From Gammaproteobacteria bacterium (GTDB lineage Bacteria > Pseudomonadota > Gammaproteobacteria > Steroidobacterales > GCA-2729495), in assembly GCA_032122615.1 (NCBI GenBank), contig JAQBGF010000009.1, positions 2,015-66,014 on the forward strand: a stretch of DNA of 64,000 nt, in the 5' to 3' direction. The position numbers and the translations under genes are program-made. Below the pieces are notes generated by a model, which was given only the letters and a program-made list of their open reading frames with translations, was not told the origin of the DNA and ran no database searches. Each line of letters begins with the position of its first letter. Positions within the stretch are counted from its first letter, which is position 1. Positions 32,528 to 43,536 of the stretch are shown here, piece after piece.

Positions 32528-34845
32528 GTCGACGGCGCCACGGCGGCCCGGTCAACTTTCCGCCAGCCCCTGGGCAGCAAACCTCCGCGCTGGCTGCGTG
32601 CGCCGGCGTACTCCGCCAGATCGCCCGGCTTCAGCGTCATCGTGCGCTGATTACTGAACAGCAGCAGCGACTGCCCCGGCTCCAGCACGACGACGGCCAC
32701 GAGCTTCTCCTCGCCCGCCTTGAACTTCCGTGTCGAGATGCCAAAGATCTTGTTGCCCTTGCCTCGTGGCAATTCCGGAAGCTCGGCAGCCGGAAATACC
32801 AGCAGCCGGCCTTCGGAACTGACTGCTGCCACCAGCGCCGTGCCCGGAAACTCTGCACCCGTCACGGGTGACGGAGTGAGTACGTCGCCACCCTCCGGCA
32901 CACGCAGGCAGGCCTTGCCCGCGCGATTGCGGGATTGAAGTTCTGCCAGCTTGACGAAGAAACCGTAGCCCGCGTCGCTGGCCACCAGCCAGCGCATATC
33001 CGGATCGCCGATCAGCACGCCGCGAAAACCAGCCCCGGCCGCCGGATTGAGGCGCCCGGTGAGCGGCTCACCCTGGCTGCGGGCGGACGGCAGCGAGTGG
33101 GCAGGCAGGCAATAAGCCCTGCCCGCGCTGTCGAGAAATACGGCTGTCTGAGTGCTCTTGCCGGGCGCGGAACAGAGGTAGCTGTCGCCGGATTTGTAGC
33201 TCAGGCCGACCGGGTCAATCTCGTGACCCTTCGCGGCCCGGACCCAGCCACTGGCCGACAAGATGACCGTCACCGGCTCACTGGTGACCAGGTCAGTCTC
33301 GGCAAGCGCCTGGGCGGCATCGCGTTCGACGATGGCGGTGCGCCGCGAATCCCCGTGCTTTTCGGCCAACGAGAGCAATTCGTCACGGATCAGCGTCATC
33401 AGCTTCGCCGCGCTTTTCAAAATCTGCTGCAGGCTGCCCCGCTCCTTTGCCAGCTCCTTCTGCTCCGCGCGGATCTGGATTTCTTCCAGCTTGGCCAGCT
33501 GCCGCAATCTGAGGTTGAGGATTGATTCCGCCTGCACATCACTGATCTTGAAGCGCTTGATCAGCACCTCCTTCGGCTTGTCCTCCTTGCGAACTATCCG
33601 GATCACCTCGTCAATATTGAGGAAAGCGATCAGCAGGCCATCGAGGATGTGCAGCCGGTCCTCGACCTTGGCGAGACGGTACTCCAGCCGCCGCTTGACC
33701 GTGGCGGTACGAAACTTAAGCCACTGGCCGAGCAGCGACTTGAGGTCCCGGACAGCCGGACGGCCATCGAGCCCGATGACATTCAGGTTTACGCGGAGCG
33801 TTCGTTCCAGATCCGTGGTCACGAACAGGTGGCTCATCAGGGCGTCGATGTCGACATTGCCCGACTTCGGCGTAATCACGAGGCGGGTCGGGTTCTCATG
33901 GTCAGATTCGTCGCGCAAGTCGTCCACGAGCGGCAGCTTTTTAGCCTGCCGCTGGGCTTCGATCTGCTCCAGCACCTTGCTGCCCGAGACCTGGAACGGG
34001 AGGTTCGTGACAATGATGTCGTCTTCGTCACGTTCCCAGGTGGCTCGCAAGCGCAGCGTGCCATTGCCGGTGGCATAGATCTCGTGCAGCTCCTTCCGAG
34101 GCGTGACAATTTCGCCGCCGCCTGGAAAATCGGGGCCCTTGATGTGCTGGCAGAGTTGCTTGAGAGTCGTGTCCGGCTCCTCCAGCAGGCGTACCAGCGC
34201 CGTCACCACTTCACGCAGATTGTGGGGCGGAATGTCGGTGGACATGCCGACAGCGATACCGCTGGTGCCGTTCAGCAGAAGATTGGGCAGCTGGGCCGGG
34301 AGCAGCACAGGCTCCTGCAGCGTGCCGTCGAAATTTGGCGACCACTCGACCGTGCCCTGATCAAGTTCGTCGAGCAGCGTCGCCGCGTAGGGCGTCAACC
34401 GTGCCTCTGTGTAGCGCATGGCCGCAAAGGATTTCGGGTCGTCGGCAGAGCCCCAGTTCCCCTGCCCGTCGACAATGGGGTAGCGGTAGGCAAAGGCCTG
34501 GCCCATGTGCACCATGGCCTCGTAGCACGCGGAGTCGCCGTGCGGGTGGAACTTGCCGATGACGTCACCGACCGTGCGCGCCGACTTCTTGTGCTTGGTG
34601 GCAGCCAGCAGGCCGAGCTCGCTCATGGCGTAGATGATGCGGCGCTGAACAGGCTTCAGCCCGTCCCCGATGTGCGGTAGCGCGCGATCGAGAATGACGT
34701 ACATCGAGTAGTCGAGGTACGCCTTCTCGGCAAAGTCCCGCAGTGGCACCTTTTCGACCGTATCGAACTGCAGCCGGTTCTGAAGCGCCGCCGTCGCGGC
34801 GCTCTTCCTGGCCGATTTTGACGATGATGATTTACGGGTACCCAT
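32524..34845 (-). CDS. parC: DNA topoisomerase IV subunit A
   Basis: [33 protein letters not shown]...RYTE (catalytic Tyr region). It follows parE. The ~25-aa N-terminal extension relative to E. coli means the start could be later. Confidence 0.92.
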   Translation of the reverse strand: MGTRKSSSSKSARKSAATAALQNRLQFDTVEKVPLRDFAEKAYLDYSMYVILDRALPHIGDGLKPVQRRIIYAMSELGLLAATKHKKSARTVGDVIGKFHPHGDSACYEAMVHMGQAFAYRYPIVDGQGNWGSADDPKSFAAMRYTEARLTPYAATLLDELDQGTVEWSPNFDGTLQEPVLLPAQLPNLLLNGTSGIAVGMSTDIPPHNLREVVTALVRLLEEPDTTLKQLCQHIKGPDFPGGGEIVTPRKELHEIYATGNGTLRLRATWERDEDDIIVTNLPFQVSGSKVLEQIEAQRQAKKLPLVDDLRDESDHENPTRLVITPKSGNVDIDALMSHLFVTTDLERTLRVNLNVIGLDGRPAVRDLKSLLGQWLKFRTATVKRRLEYRLAKVEDRLHILDGLLIAFLNIDEVIRIVRKEDKPKEVLIKRFKISDVQAESILNLRLRQLAKLEEIQIRAEQKELAKERGSLQQILKSAAKLMTLIRDELLSLAEKHGDSRRTAIVERDAAQALAETDLVTSEPVTVILSASGWVRAAKGHEIDPVGLSYKSGDSYLCSAPGKSTQTAVFLDSAGRAYCLPAHSLPSARSQGEPLTGRLNPAAGAGFRGVLIGDPDMRWLVASDAGYGFFVKLAELQSRNRAGKACLRVPEGGDVLTPSPVTGAEFPGTALVAAVSSEGRLLVFPAAELPELPRGKGNKIFGISTRKFKAGEEKLVAVVVLEPGQSLLLFSNQRTMTLKPGDLAEYAGARSQRGGLLPRGWRKVDRAAVAPST

Positions 34846-34850
34846 GCGCG

Positions 34851-36743
<1,893 letters not shown>

Positions 36744-36830
36744 TCAGGAACGATCCAGCGACGCACACAACAACGGACGGAATCTTAGAGTACCCGCTGG
36801 ATTAAGCAAGAACAGGAATGCAAGGGACCT

Positions 36831-36845
36831 CGGACTGGAAGTCCG
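36831..36845 (-). terminator. weak hairpin after the DUF3501 gene
   Basis: CGGACT-gga-AGTCCG, followed on the minus strand by a moderately T-rich tract (cccttgcattcctgttcttgctt). Confidence 0.25.
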
Positions 36846-36879
36846 GACCGTAATTCCGGGACGGATTCAGGCCCGCTTT

Positions 36880-37464
36880 TCAGGCCAGATCGGCAATCAG
36901 GGATTCGCGCAGGATTTCCGGAATGGCCTTGACGTGCACCGTCAGCTCCGGATGGCCGACCCCGGCCGACACCCCGGTTCCCGCGTGAAGTGCCTCGATC
37001 GCAGCAGGGGGCAACTCGAAACGCAGGAAATGCACGGCTGATGTCTTGCTGTCGTTGGCCCGCTCCATGTCCTCGTCGGGAATGGCAAACACCGGCTCCT
37101 GATCCCCGACGCGCACCCACACCCGGTCCTCGATGCCCCGCAACCGGGCGAGCGCATCGCGCCGTTCTTCCTCGTCGGGGTACTCGATGAGCATCGTGGC
37201 CTTCCAGTTGCTGCCGTCAGGAATCAGCGGGTTGTAAGTCTCAAGTTCCGCACGAATACCGTCTGGCTCGAAGATGCGCTCGGCGCGCAACATCTCCTGA
37301 ACCTGATAGTGCATCGTCAGACGGTCTTCGAAGCTCAGCGTGACGTGCTCGCCGAGCGCGAGTCGCCGGTGGGCCTTGTGCTCGATGACCCGGTCACGAA
37401 ACTCGGGGCGCACCGTAGCGTAGGCCTCGAGGGGGTACAGGTCGGCCAGAGTGAGCTTGTCCAT
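36880..37464 (-). CDS. DUF3501-family protein
   Basis: 194 aa, MDKLTLADLYPLEAYATVRPEFRDRVIEHKAHRRLALGEHVTLSFEDRLTMHYQVQEMLRAERIF. The family call comes from memory of length, sequence character and typical neighbours. Confidence 0.7.
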   Translation of the reverse strand: MDKLTLADLYPLEAYATVRPEFRDRVIEHKAHRRLALGEHVTLSFEDRLTMHYQVQEMLRAERIFEPDGIRAELETYNPLIPDGSNWKATMLIEYPDEEERRDALARLRGIEDRVWVRVGDQEPVFAIPDEDMERANDSKTSAVHFLRFELPPAAIEALHAGTGVSAGVGHPELTVHVKAIPEILRESLIADLA

Positions 37465-37496
37465 GCTGCGATTCCGCGGTGGCGTCTTGCCGGGCG

Positions 37497-38825
37497 TCAG
37501 ATGCCGTAAGCCTGACGTAGCAGTTCAATGGGTTGCGCGTGGGCGCTGCGATTGGCGAGGCCCGCGATCTGCGCCCCCGCCATGGGGCAATCGCTGCAGA
37601 AATGGTCGGCCCCGCTGGCCTCGACCTGCTCCGCCACCGGCGTCGCGATCTTTATCGATGCCGCGCGAAACTCTGTCTTCACGCCGTAGGTCCCGTCGTG
37701 GCCGGAACACCGCTCGATCGGATCAACCGTGGTACCAGGCACGAGTTGCAGCACATCGCGCGTTTTCAGGCCGATGTTCTGAACTCGCAGGTGACACGGC
37801 ACGTGGTAGGACACCTTCCCCAGCGAGGTCGCAAAGTCGGTGCGCAGCTTGCCGCCCTTGTGGCGCAGATGCAGATAATTGAAAGGATCGAAAAAGGCCT
37901 TCCCCACCGCCTGCACCTGCTCGTCATCGGGAAACATCAGCGGCAGTTCCTGCTTGAACATGAGCACGCACGACGGCACGGGAGCCACGATGTCCCAGCC
38001 CTCGGCCACCCATTTTGCAAGCTCGGGCACGTTGGCTTCCTTGGCCTTCGCGACCGAATCGAGATCTCCCAGCTCCAGTTTGGGCATGCCGCAGCATTGC
38101 TCGGAACCCGCCAGCTGCACGGTGATCCCGTTGTGGCGAAACACGGCCACGAGATCCTCGACCATGGCGGGCAGGTTCCGGTTGCCGTAACACGTCGTGT
38201 AGACAATGACTTGGCCGCGGGTGCCGTTCACGGCTTCCACGGCCTTAACAGGCGGCGCCTGACGGGCAAGGCGCTTGCGTGCCGTGTCGCTTTCATACCG
38301 CGGGAGCGGTGCATCGCGGGCCACACCCAGGACCTTTTCGAGCAGCAGGCGCCCGGCCTGGTTCTCGTTGAACGCGTTCACGACTTCTGAAATCACCGGG
38401 ATACCGGCGATGCTGCCCACCTGGTCGGTGGCTGACAGGATCCGGCTGCGCAGCGGCGCACCCTCTTCCTTGAATCGCACCGCCTTGGCACGAAGCATCA
38501 GATGCGGGAAGTCGACATTGAATGGATGCGGCGGTACGTACGGGCACTTCGACATGTAGCACATGTCACAGAGGTAGCAATGATCGACGACCTCGCCAAA
38601 TGCCGTCTTGGGCACCCCGTCCACTTCACCGGTGGGCGATTCATCCACCGCATCGAACAGGGTTGGAAAGGCATTGCACAGACTGAAGCAGCGGCGACAG
38701 CCGTGACAGATGTCGAAGACGCGTTCCATCTCCTGCTCCAGGGCCTCCCTGCTCCAGAAGTCCGGGGATTGCCAGTCGAGCGGGTGGCGAGTCGGTGCGT
38801 CGAGGCTGCCTTCGCGTGTGGCCAT
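37497..38825 (-). CDS. (Fe-S)-binding protein, HdrD/GlpC-like (2x 4Fe-4S ferredoxin motifs plus 2 CCG domains)
   Basis: CHGCRRCFSLC and CYLCDMCYMSKCP cluster motifs, then CCGMP...PSCV and CSGHDG...CSDCP cysteine-rich (CCG-type) repeats. Confidence 0.85.
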   Translation of the reverse strand: MATREGSLDAPTRHPLDWQSPDFWSREALEQEMERVFDICHGCRRCFSLCNAFPTLFDAVDESPTGEVDGVPKTAFGEVVDHCYLCDMCYMSKCPYVPPHPFNVDFPHLMLRAKAVRFKEEGAPLRSRILSATDQVGSIAGIPVISEVVNAFNENQAGRLLLEKVLGVARDAPLPRYESDTARKRLARQAPPVKAVEAVNGTRGQVIVYTTCYGNRNLPAMVEDLVAVFRHNGITVQLAGSEQCCGMPKLELGDLDSVAKAKEANVPELAKWVAEGWDIVAPVPSCVLMFKQELPLMFPDDEQVQAVGKAFFDPFNYLHLRHKGGKLRTDFATSLGKVSYHVPCHLRVQNIGLKTRDVLQLVPGTTVDPIERCSGHDGTYGVKTEFRAASIKIATPVAEQVEASGADHFCSDCPMAGAQIAGLANRSAHAQPIELLRQAYGI

Positions 38826-38917
38826 GTCGCTTTCGTTACCGTTGAGAGGGAAGCGCGCAAGCGGATAAGCCGGCCAACGGCCCGTCAGAGCCGCCGGCCG
38901 GGAATTTCAGCAACGAC

Positions 38918-39337
38918 TTAATTGCCGAGCGTATCCAGCGCCTTTTGGAAGCGATTGGCATGCGAGCGCTCAGCCTTGGCCAGGGTCTCGAACCAGTCCG
39001 CGACTTCCTTGAAACCCTCGTCGCGAGCCGCCTTGGCCATGCCCGGGTACATGTCGGTGTACTCGTGCGTTTCGCCGGCGATCGCGGCCTTGAGGTTATC
39101 CGCCGTCGGGCCGATCGGCAGGCCGGTGGCAGGATCACCCACGTCCTTCAGGTAGTCCAGGTGCCCGTGCGCGTGACCGGTCTCGCCTTCCGCCGTGGAG
39201 CGAAAGACCGCCGCCACGTCGTTGTACCCTTCGACGTCCGCTTTCGCCGCAAAATACAGGTACCGGCGATTCGCCTGGGACTCGCCTGCGAATGCCGCCT
39301 TCAGATTGCCTTCGGTCTTGCTGCCCTTTAAAGCCAC
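38918..39337 (-). CDS. rubrerythrin-family diiron protein (ferritin-like domain only, no rubredoxin domain)
   Basis: 139 aa, [23 protein letters not shown]...[10 protein letters not shown]...[14 protein letters not shown]...[11 protein letters not shown] (ExxH diiron ligand pairs). GTG start with a strong AAGGAGG 6 nt upstream. Confidence 0.88.
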   Translation of the reverse strand: MALKGSKTEGNLKAAFAGESQANRRYLYFAAKADVEGYNDVAAVFRSTAEGETGHAHGHLDYLKDVGDPATGLPIGPTADNLKAAIAGETHEYTDMYPGMAKAARDEGFKEVADWFETLAKAERSHANRFQKALDTLGN

Positions 39338-39356
39338 TTGAATCCTCCTTGTAGAG

Positions 39357-39373
39357 TTTAGACTTGGTCTAAA
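39357..39373. promoter_or_regulatory. perfect 7-3-7 palindromic operator TTTAGAC-CAA-GTCTAAA overlapping the -10/+1 of the rubrerythrin promoter
   Basis: The inverted repeat was read directly. Its first two T's are the last two bases of the -10 hexamer. Confidence 0.6.
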
Positions 39374-39401
39374 TATAGGAAGTCGGGTGTGATGCTGTCA
39401 A
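39372..39401 (-). promoter_or_regulatory. near-consensus sigma70 promoter of the rubrerythrin operon
   Basis: On the minus strand: TTGACA (39401..39396), an 18-nt spacer, then TATATT (39377..39372), about 35 nt upstream of the GTG start. Confidence 0.6.
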
Positions 39402-39492
39402 CCTCGGGGGCTTGTCGGCAATCGGTTTGACCGGCTTGCTGCCCTGTGCAAGTCTCGCTCACCGCAGCAGTTAACCGCCACCCGGGAATCGG

Positions 39493-39765
39493 ATGAACAC
39501 ACCGCGTCATAAACCATCGGCCAAGGGCGTCGACCTTGAGAAGAGCCTGGCAGACCTGGAGGCCATCGTCGAACAACTGGAGTCCGGCGACCTGCCTCTC
39601 GAAAGGTCCCTGAAGGAGTTTGAGCGCGGCGTGCGCCTGAGTCGCGAGTGCCAGGGCGCGCTTAAAGACGCCGAGCAGCGCGTACAGGTCCTGATGGGCG
39701 ACGAACTCCAGGACTTTAGTAACGCCGGGGATGAACACGACGACGAAGACAAACAGGACCCCTAA
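39493..39765 (+). CDS. xseB: exodeoxyribonuclease VII small subunit
   Basis: [53 protein letters not shown], with an acidic C-terminal tail. Confidence 0.9.
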   Translation: MNTPRHKPSAKGVDLEKSLADLEAIVEQLESGDLPLERSLKEFERGVRLSRECQGALKDAEQRVQVLMGDELQDFSNAGDEHDDEDKQDP

Positions 39766-39810
39766 GCCCGCCAGGAAGCGGCGGCGAAGCCGCAGTCACC
39801 CTTGAGGCAA

Positions 39811-41127
39811 TCAGGAAGCCGGCGGCGCGCTGACTCCCTGGAGACGACGAATCAGGGTGCGCAAGAAGACCTTGTTGAAGCGCAGCTGGCATTCGGTCGA
39901 GACCTGCTCAAGCATCGTGGAGGTTACCGACAGCACGGTGACGGCCTCCCTGGCGCGAAAGCTGGCCGTACTCCGGGCTCCGGAAACGTACCCGGTCTCC
40001 CCGAAACAGTCGCCTTCGCGCAGGTTACCGAGCGCCCTGCCGGTGCTTTCTACGGTGACTTCACCGGTGACGATCACGTAGAAGCGATCATCGGCTGTAC
40101 CCTCCCGAACGATTTCGTCAGTCGCCGAGTACTCCCGCCATTCACTCGCACGGAGCAGTTCGCGAATCTCGGTTTGCGAGAAGTCGTGGAAGAAGGACAA
40201 GCGGCGGAGGACGTCGAAATGCTCCTGCCGGTCGATAGCGTCCGACTGCCCCTTGAGCTGGTGGTAAACGCGCGTCAGGCTGGCACCGAAATCCATCCCG
40301 CTGGTATAGCGCTTCGCCGGATCCTTCTGGAGGGCGGTCGAGACAATCTCCTCGAGCTCCTCGGGCGCCCCAAGACGCAGTGTGTGAATAGGCGGCGGCG
40401 TTGAGTAGACGATCTGGTTGAGAAGCTTGGAAAGTGAACTGGCGCGAAACGGCCGGAAGCCGGTCAGCAGTTCGTACATTACGGCGCCGAGCGAGTACAG
40501 GTCTGACGTGGGCGTCAGGTCGTTACCCTGCACCTGTTCCGGCGACATGTAGCTCGGGGATCCGGCAATACCCTCAATCTTGGAGATGTCGGAATCCCGG
40601 AGGATGGCAATTCCGAAGTCGATAATTCGCACGTCATTGTCGTTCGTCAGCATGATGTTGCTGGGCTTGATGTCGCGATGGATGACGCCCCGCTTGTGCG
40701 CGTAGTGCAGCGCCTTCGCGCATTTGTAGATGATCTTCACGACGTCCTCGACGTGAAGCAGGTTGTCGGGTCGACAGTAGGCCTCCAGGGTACGGGCCCG
40801 CTGTACATGCTCCATCACGACGTAGTACTTGCCCTCCTCCTCGCCGGCATCAAGGATCGGCAGGATGTTCGGGTGCTGGAGCATCCCGACCATGTGGGCT
40901 TCGTTGAAGAACATCTTGCGGGCGATCTTGGCCCGCGACGGATCGTCGTCAGCGGCGATCGTGTAGACCTTGATCGCCACGTCGCGACGAAAATACGGAT
41001 CGTGCGAGAGATAGACGGAACCAGTAGTGCCCCGGCCGACCTCGTTGATAATGAGGTACTTGCCGATTTTCTTCGGCACGTCGACTGCGGCGGCAGGGGC
41101 GGCGCTCGGAGTCGTGTGCTGAACCAT
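39811..41127 (-). CDS. Hanks-type Ser/Thr protein kinase fused to a C-terminal cyclic-nucleotide-binding domain
   Basis: Kinase motifs: GRGTTGSVY, AIKVY, HRDIKPSNIML, DFGIA, GSPSYMSPEQ. The C-terminal cNMP-like domain reads FFHDFSQTEIRELL...IVREGTADDRFYVIVTGEV...GDCFGETGYVSGARSTASFRA. No TM segment. Confidence 0.85.
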   Translation of the reverse strand: MVQHTTPSAAPAAAVDVPKKIGKYLIINEVGRGTTGSVYLSHDPYFRRDVAIKVYTIAADDDPSRAKIARKMFFNEAHMVGMLQHPNILPILDAGEEEGKYYVVMEHVQRARTLEAYCRPDNLLHVEDVVKIIYKCAKALHYAHKRGVIHRDIKPSNIMLTNDNDVRIIDFGIAILRDSDISKIEGIAGSPSYMSPEQVQGNDLTPTSDLYSLGAVMYELLTGFRPFRASSLSKLLNQIVYSTPPPIHTLRLGAPEELEEIVSTALQKDPAKRYTSGMDFGASLTRVYHQLKGQSDAIDRQEHFDVLRRLSFFHDFSQTEIRELLRASEWREYSATDEIVREGTADDRFYVIVTGEVTVESTGRALGNLREGDCFGETGYVSGARSTASFRAREAVTVLSVTSTMLEQVSTECQLRFNKVFLRTLIRRLQGVSAPPAS

Positions 41128-41147
41128 GCGGCGGGAACCTGATCGGG

Positions 41148-41645
41148 CTAGAAAAGCGGCAGCAGCATCGCTCCCCTGACGACCAACGCCGCGTAAACAG
41201 CCGCCAGAACATCATCGAGCATAATGCCCAGCCCGCCGGGTATTCTGTGATCAGCCTCGCGAATCGGCCAGGGCTTGACCACATCGAAGAGGCGGAACAG
41301 CAGGAATGCCGTCAGCGTCCAACCCGCCGTCCGGGGTGTGATGCACAGCACGAGCAACATCGCGACGATTTCATCGAGCACGATGCCGCCGTGATCGTGC
41401 ACACCGAGACGGCGGGCACTGATGTCGCAGATCACACAACCGATGACGAAGGCTGCGGCCAATGCGGCCAGCGCAACGCCGAGAGGCAGTGGCGGAACCA
41501 GCCAGAAGATTCCGACCGCCAGCAATGAGCCCCAGGTGCCGGGCGCCAGCGGCAAGAGTCCTGCGCCCAGGCCAAATGCCAGCCAGTGCACGGGGTCACG
41601 AAGCACTTGTCGCGTCAGGTCAGGAAGCACGGGTCCGGATGCCAT
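41148..41645 (-). CDS. pgpA: phosphatidylglycerophosphatase A
   Basis: MASGPVLPDLTRQVLRDPVHWLAFGLGAGLLPLAPGTWGSL...DHGGIVLDEIV...FDVVKPWPI. Its ATG 41645 shares one base with the thiL stop. Confidence 0.9.
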   Translation of the reverse strand: MASGPVLPDLTRQVLRDPVHWLAFGLGAGLLPLAPGTWGSLLAVGIFWLVPPLPLGVALAALAAAFVIGCVICDISARRLGVHDHGGIVLDEIVAMLLVLCITPRTAGWTLTAFLLFRLFDVVKPWPIREADHRIPGGLGIMLDDVLAAVYAALVVRGAMLLPLF

Positions 41646-42619
41646 CAGAAATGCCTGAACGTGCTGCCCGGGACGACCATAGATTTCCCCTCCAGGCGCC
41701 AGCGGGCGCCCGATCCAGGGACGATCGTGCCAATGCGGGTGAGCGGCGTGATCCAGCCGGCAGCGAGCTCCCGCAAACGACCATCGTCCGACGAGCGCGC
41801 CGTGAAGCACAATTCGTAGTCGTCGCCCCCCGTGAGCGCACACTCGAGCGCCTCACCCGCGCGGACGGCCAGTAATTCGGCACTAAGCGGCAGCGCCGCC
41901 GCGTCCAGTTCGGCACCAACCCCGCTGGCGGCCAGTAGCTTGTTGAGATCGTCGTCGAGCCCGTCGGAAACATCGATCATCGCCGTGGCCATGCCGGCTA
42001 AGGCGAGGCCTTCCCACACGCGTGGCTGCGGGTACAAAAAGCGCTGACACAATGCGGCCCGCGCCGTCCGCAGGTCTGGTACCGGTGGTGCTTGTGTCAG
42101 CAGCAGACGGCCAGCCACGGCATCGCCGGGGTGACCCGTTACCCACACGCCATCGCCAGGACTCGCGCCAGTGCGCAGGACAGCACAGTCCGGGCGAATG
42201 CGCCCGTGCACCGTCACGGTGGCGCCGAGCGGCCCGCGGACGGTATCCCCGCCCACCAGCTCCACGTTGAACGCGTCCGCCAGCGCAAACAGGCCGGCCG
42301 CAAAATCGTCAACCCAGGCGGGATCGGACCGCGGTAAAGACAGTGCCAGCGAGAACCAGCGTGGCTCGGCGGACATGGCGGCCAGGTCACTCAGATTGAC
42401 GGCCAGGCACCGGTGACCAACGGCGCTGCCAGCAATCGCCGCCGGGAAGTGGGTGCCTTCCACAACGGTGTCCGTGGCCACCACCAGATCGAAGCCGGGT
42501 TCCGGGCGCAGCACAGCGGCATCGTCACCAATGCCGACGATGATGTCGTCCCGGCGCCCCGCCGGACCGGAGCGGCGGCGGTCGAAGTAGGTGCTGATCA
42601 GCGTCTGTTCGTCTACCAA
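41645..42619 (-). CDS. thiL: thiamine-monophosphate kinase
   Basis: LISTYFDRR...GIGDDAAVL...VVATDTVVEGTHF. I start at TTG 42619 (GGGAG 7 nt upstream), after the nusB stop. The longer track ORF overlaps nusB. Confidence 0.88.
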   Translation of the reverse strand: MVDEQTLISTYFDRRRSGPAGRRDDIIVGIGDDAAVLRPEPGFDLVVATDTVVEGTHFPAAIAGSAVGHRCLAVNLSDLAAMSAEPRWFSLALSLPRSDPAWVDDFAAGLFALADAFNVELVGGDTVRGPLGATVTVHGRIRPDCAVLRTGASPGDGVWVTGHPGDAVAGRLLLTQAPPVPDLRTARAALCQRFLYPQPRVWEGLALAGMATAMIDVSDGLDDDLNKLLAASGVGAELDAAALPLSAELLAVRAGEALECALTGGDDYELCFTARSSDDGRLRELAAGWITPLTRIGTIVPGSGARWRLEGKSMVVPGSTFRHF

Positions 42620-42635
42620 CGCTTTGCTCCCGGCG

Positions 42636-43052
42636 TCAGGCCGCCGGACGAAATTTCGTGGATAGCCGATCAAGCAAGGCGTTGATATAGCGGTGCCCGT
42701 CCTGAGCGCCGAACTCCTTCGCCAGCTGAACGGACTCGGTAATGACCACCTTGACGGGAACCTCCGGGTGCCATCGCAATTCGGCAAGGCCCAGCCAGAG
42801 AATGCCATGCTCCACAGGATCGAGCTGTTTCACCGGCCGGTCGGCATCAGTCGCAATCAGCGCGTCGAGCCCTGGAGCATCGGCCAGAATTTCGGCCAGA
42901 AGCTGACGGAAATATTTCCCGTCGACCTTTTCGAAATCCTTCTGGTCGGAAAATTGAGCAACCAGTTCGGTCTCCGTGTGACCGGCGAGCTGATGCTGAT
43001 AAAGCGCCTGCACCAGCAGGCGGCGCGTCCCGTGCCGACCGGTGGCAGCCAT
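42636..43052 (-). CDS. nusB: transcription antitermination factor NusB
   Basis: I start at ATG 43052: MAATGRHGTRRLLVQALYQHQLAGH...INALLDRL. Order is ribH-nusB-thiL. Confidence 0.92.
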   Translation of the reverse strand: MAATGRHGTRRLLVQALYQHQLAGHTETELVAQFSDQKDFEKVDGKYFRQLLAEILADAPGLDALIATDADRPVKQLDPVEHGILWLGLAELRWHPEVPVKVVITESVQLAKEFGAQDGHRYINALLDRLSTKFRPAA

Positions 43053-43059
43053 GTGGGGT

Positions 43060-43527
43060 TCAGGCCTCCAGCTGGCGCAGGAGGTTGACCATCTCCAGAG
43101 TGGCCAGGACGGCGTCGGCGCCCTTGTTACCGGACTTGCCCCCCGCCCGGTCCAGTGCCTGGTCAACCGTGTCGCAAGTCAACACACCAAAGCCGACGGG
43201 CACACCGTGCTCAAGGCTGACGCGATGGAGCCCCGACGCACACTCGCTGCAGACGAAATCGAAGTGGGGCGTCTGGCCGCGAATCACGGCGCCAAGCGCC
43301 GTGATGCCGTCGTAACGCCGCAATTTGGCGAGTTGCTGGGCGGCCAGCGGCAGCTCGAAGGCACCCGGAACACGCACGACGTGAATGTCGGCCTCGGCGG
43401 CGCCGTGCCGTTTCAGGGCATCGACCGCACCGTCGACGAGATTGCGGACGATAAGTTCATTGAAGCGAGCAGCCACAATCACGATGCGTACATCGCGCGC
43501 GATCAGTTGTCCTTCAAGCATGTGCAT
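43060..43527 (-). CDS. ribH: 6,7-dimethyl-8-ribityllumazine synthase
   Basis: 155 aa, [22 protein letters not shown]...VPGAFELP...[15 protein letters not shown]. Confidence 0.95.
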   Translation of the reverse strand: MHMLEGQLIARDVRIVIVAARFNELIVRNLVDGAVDALKRHGAAEADIHVVRVPGAFELPLAAQQLAKLRRYDGITALGAVIRGQTPHFDFVCSECASGLHRVSLEHGVPVGFGVLTCDTVDQALDRAGGKSGNKGADAVLATLEMVNLLRQLEA

Positions 43528-43536
43528 AGGTCGCGA

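Noticed and set aside
39493-39765. xseB not followed by ispA-dxs, possibly a rearrangement breakpoint
   Set aside because: It is a plain intact gene with a normal sequence. Lack of synteny alone is not evidence of anything unusual, and no repeats or mobile-element traces flank it.
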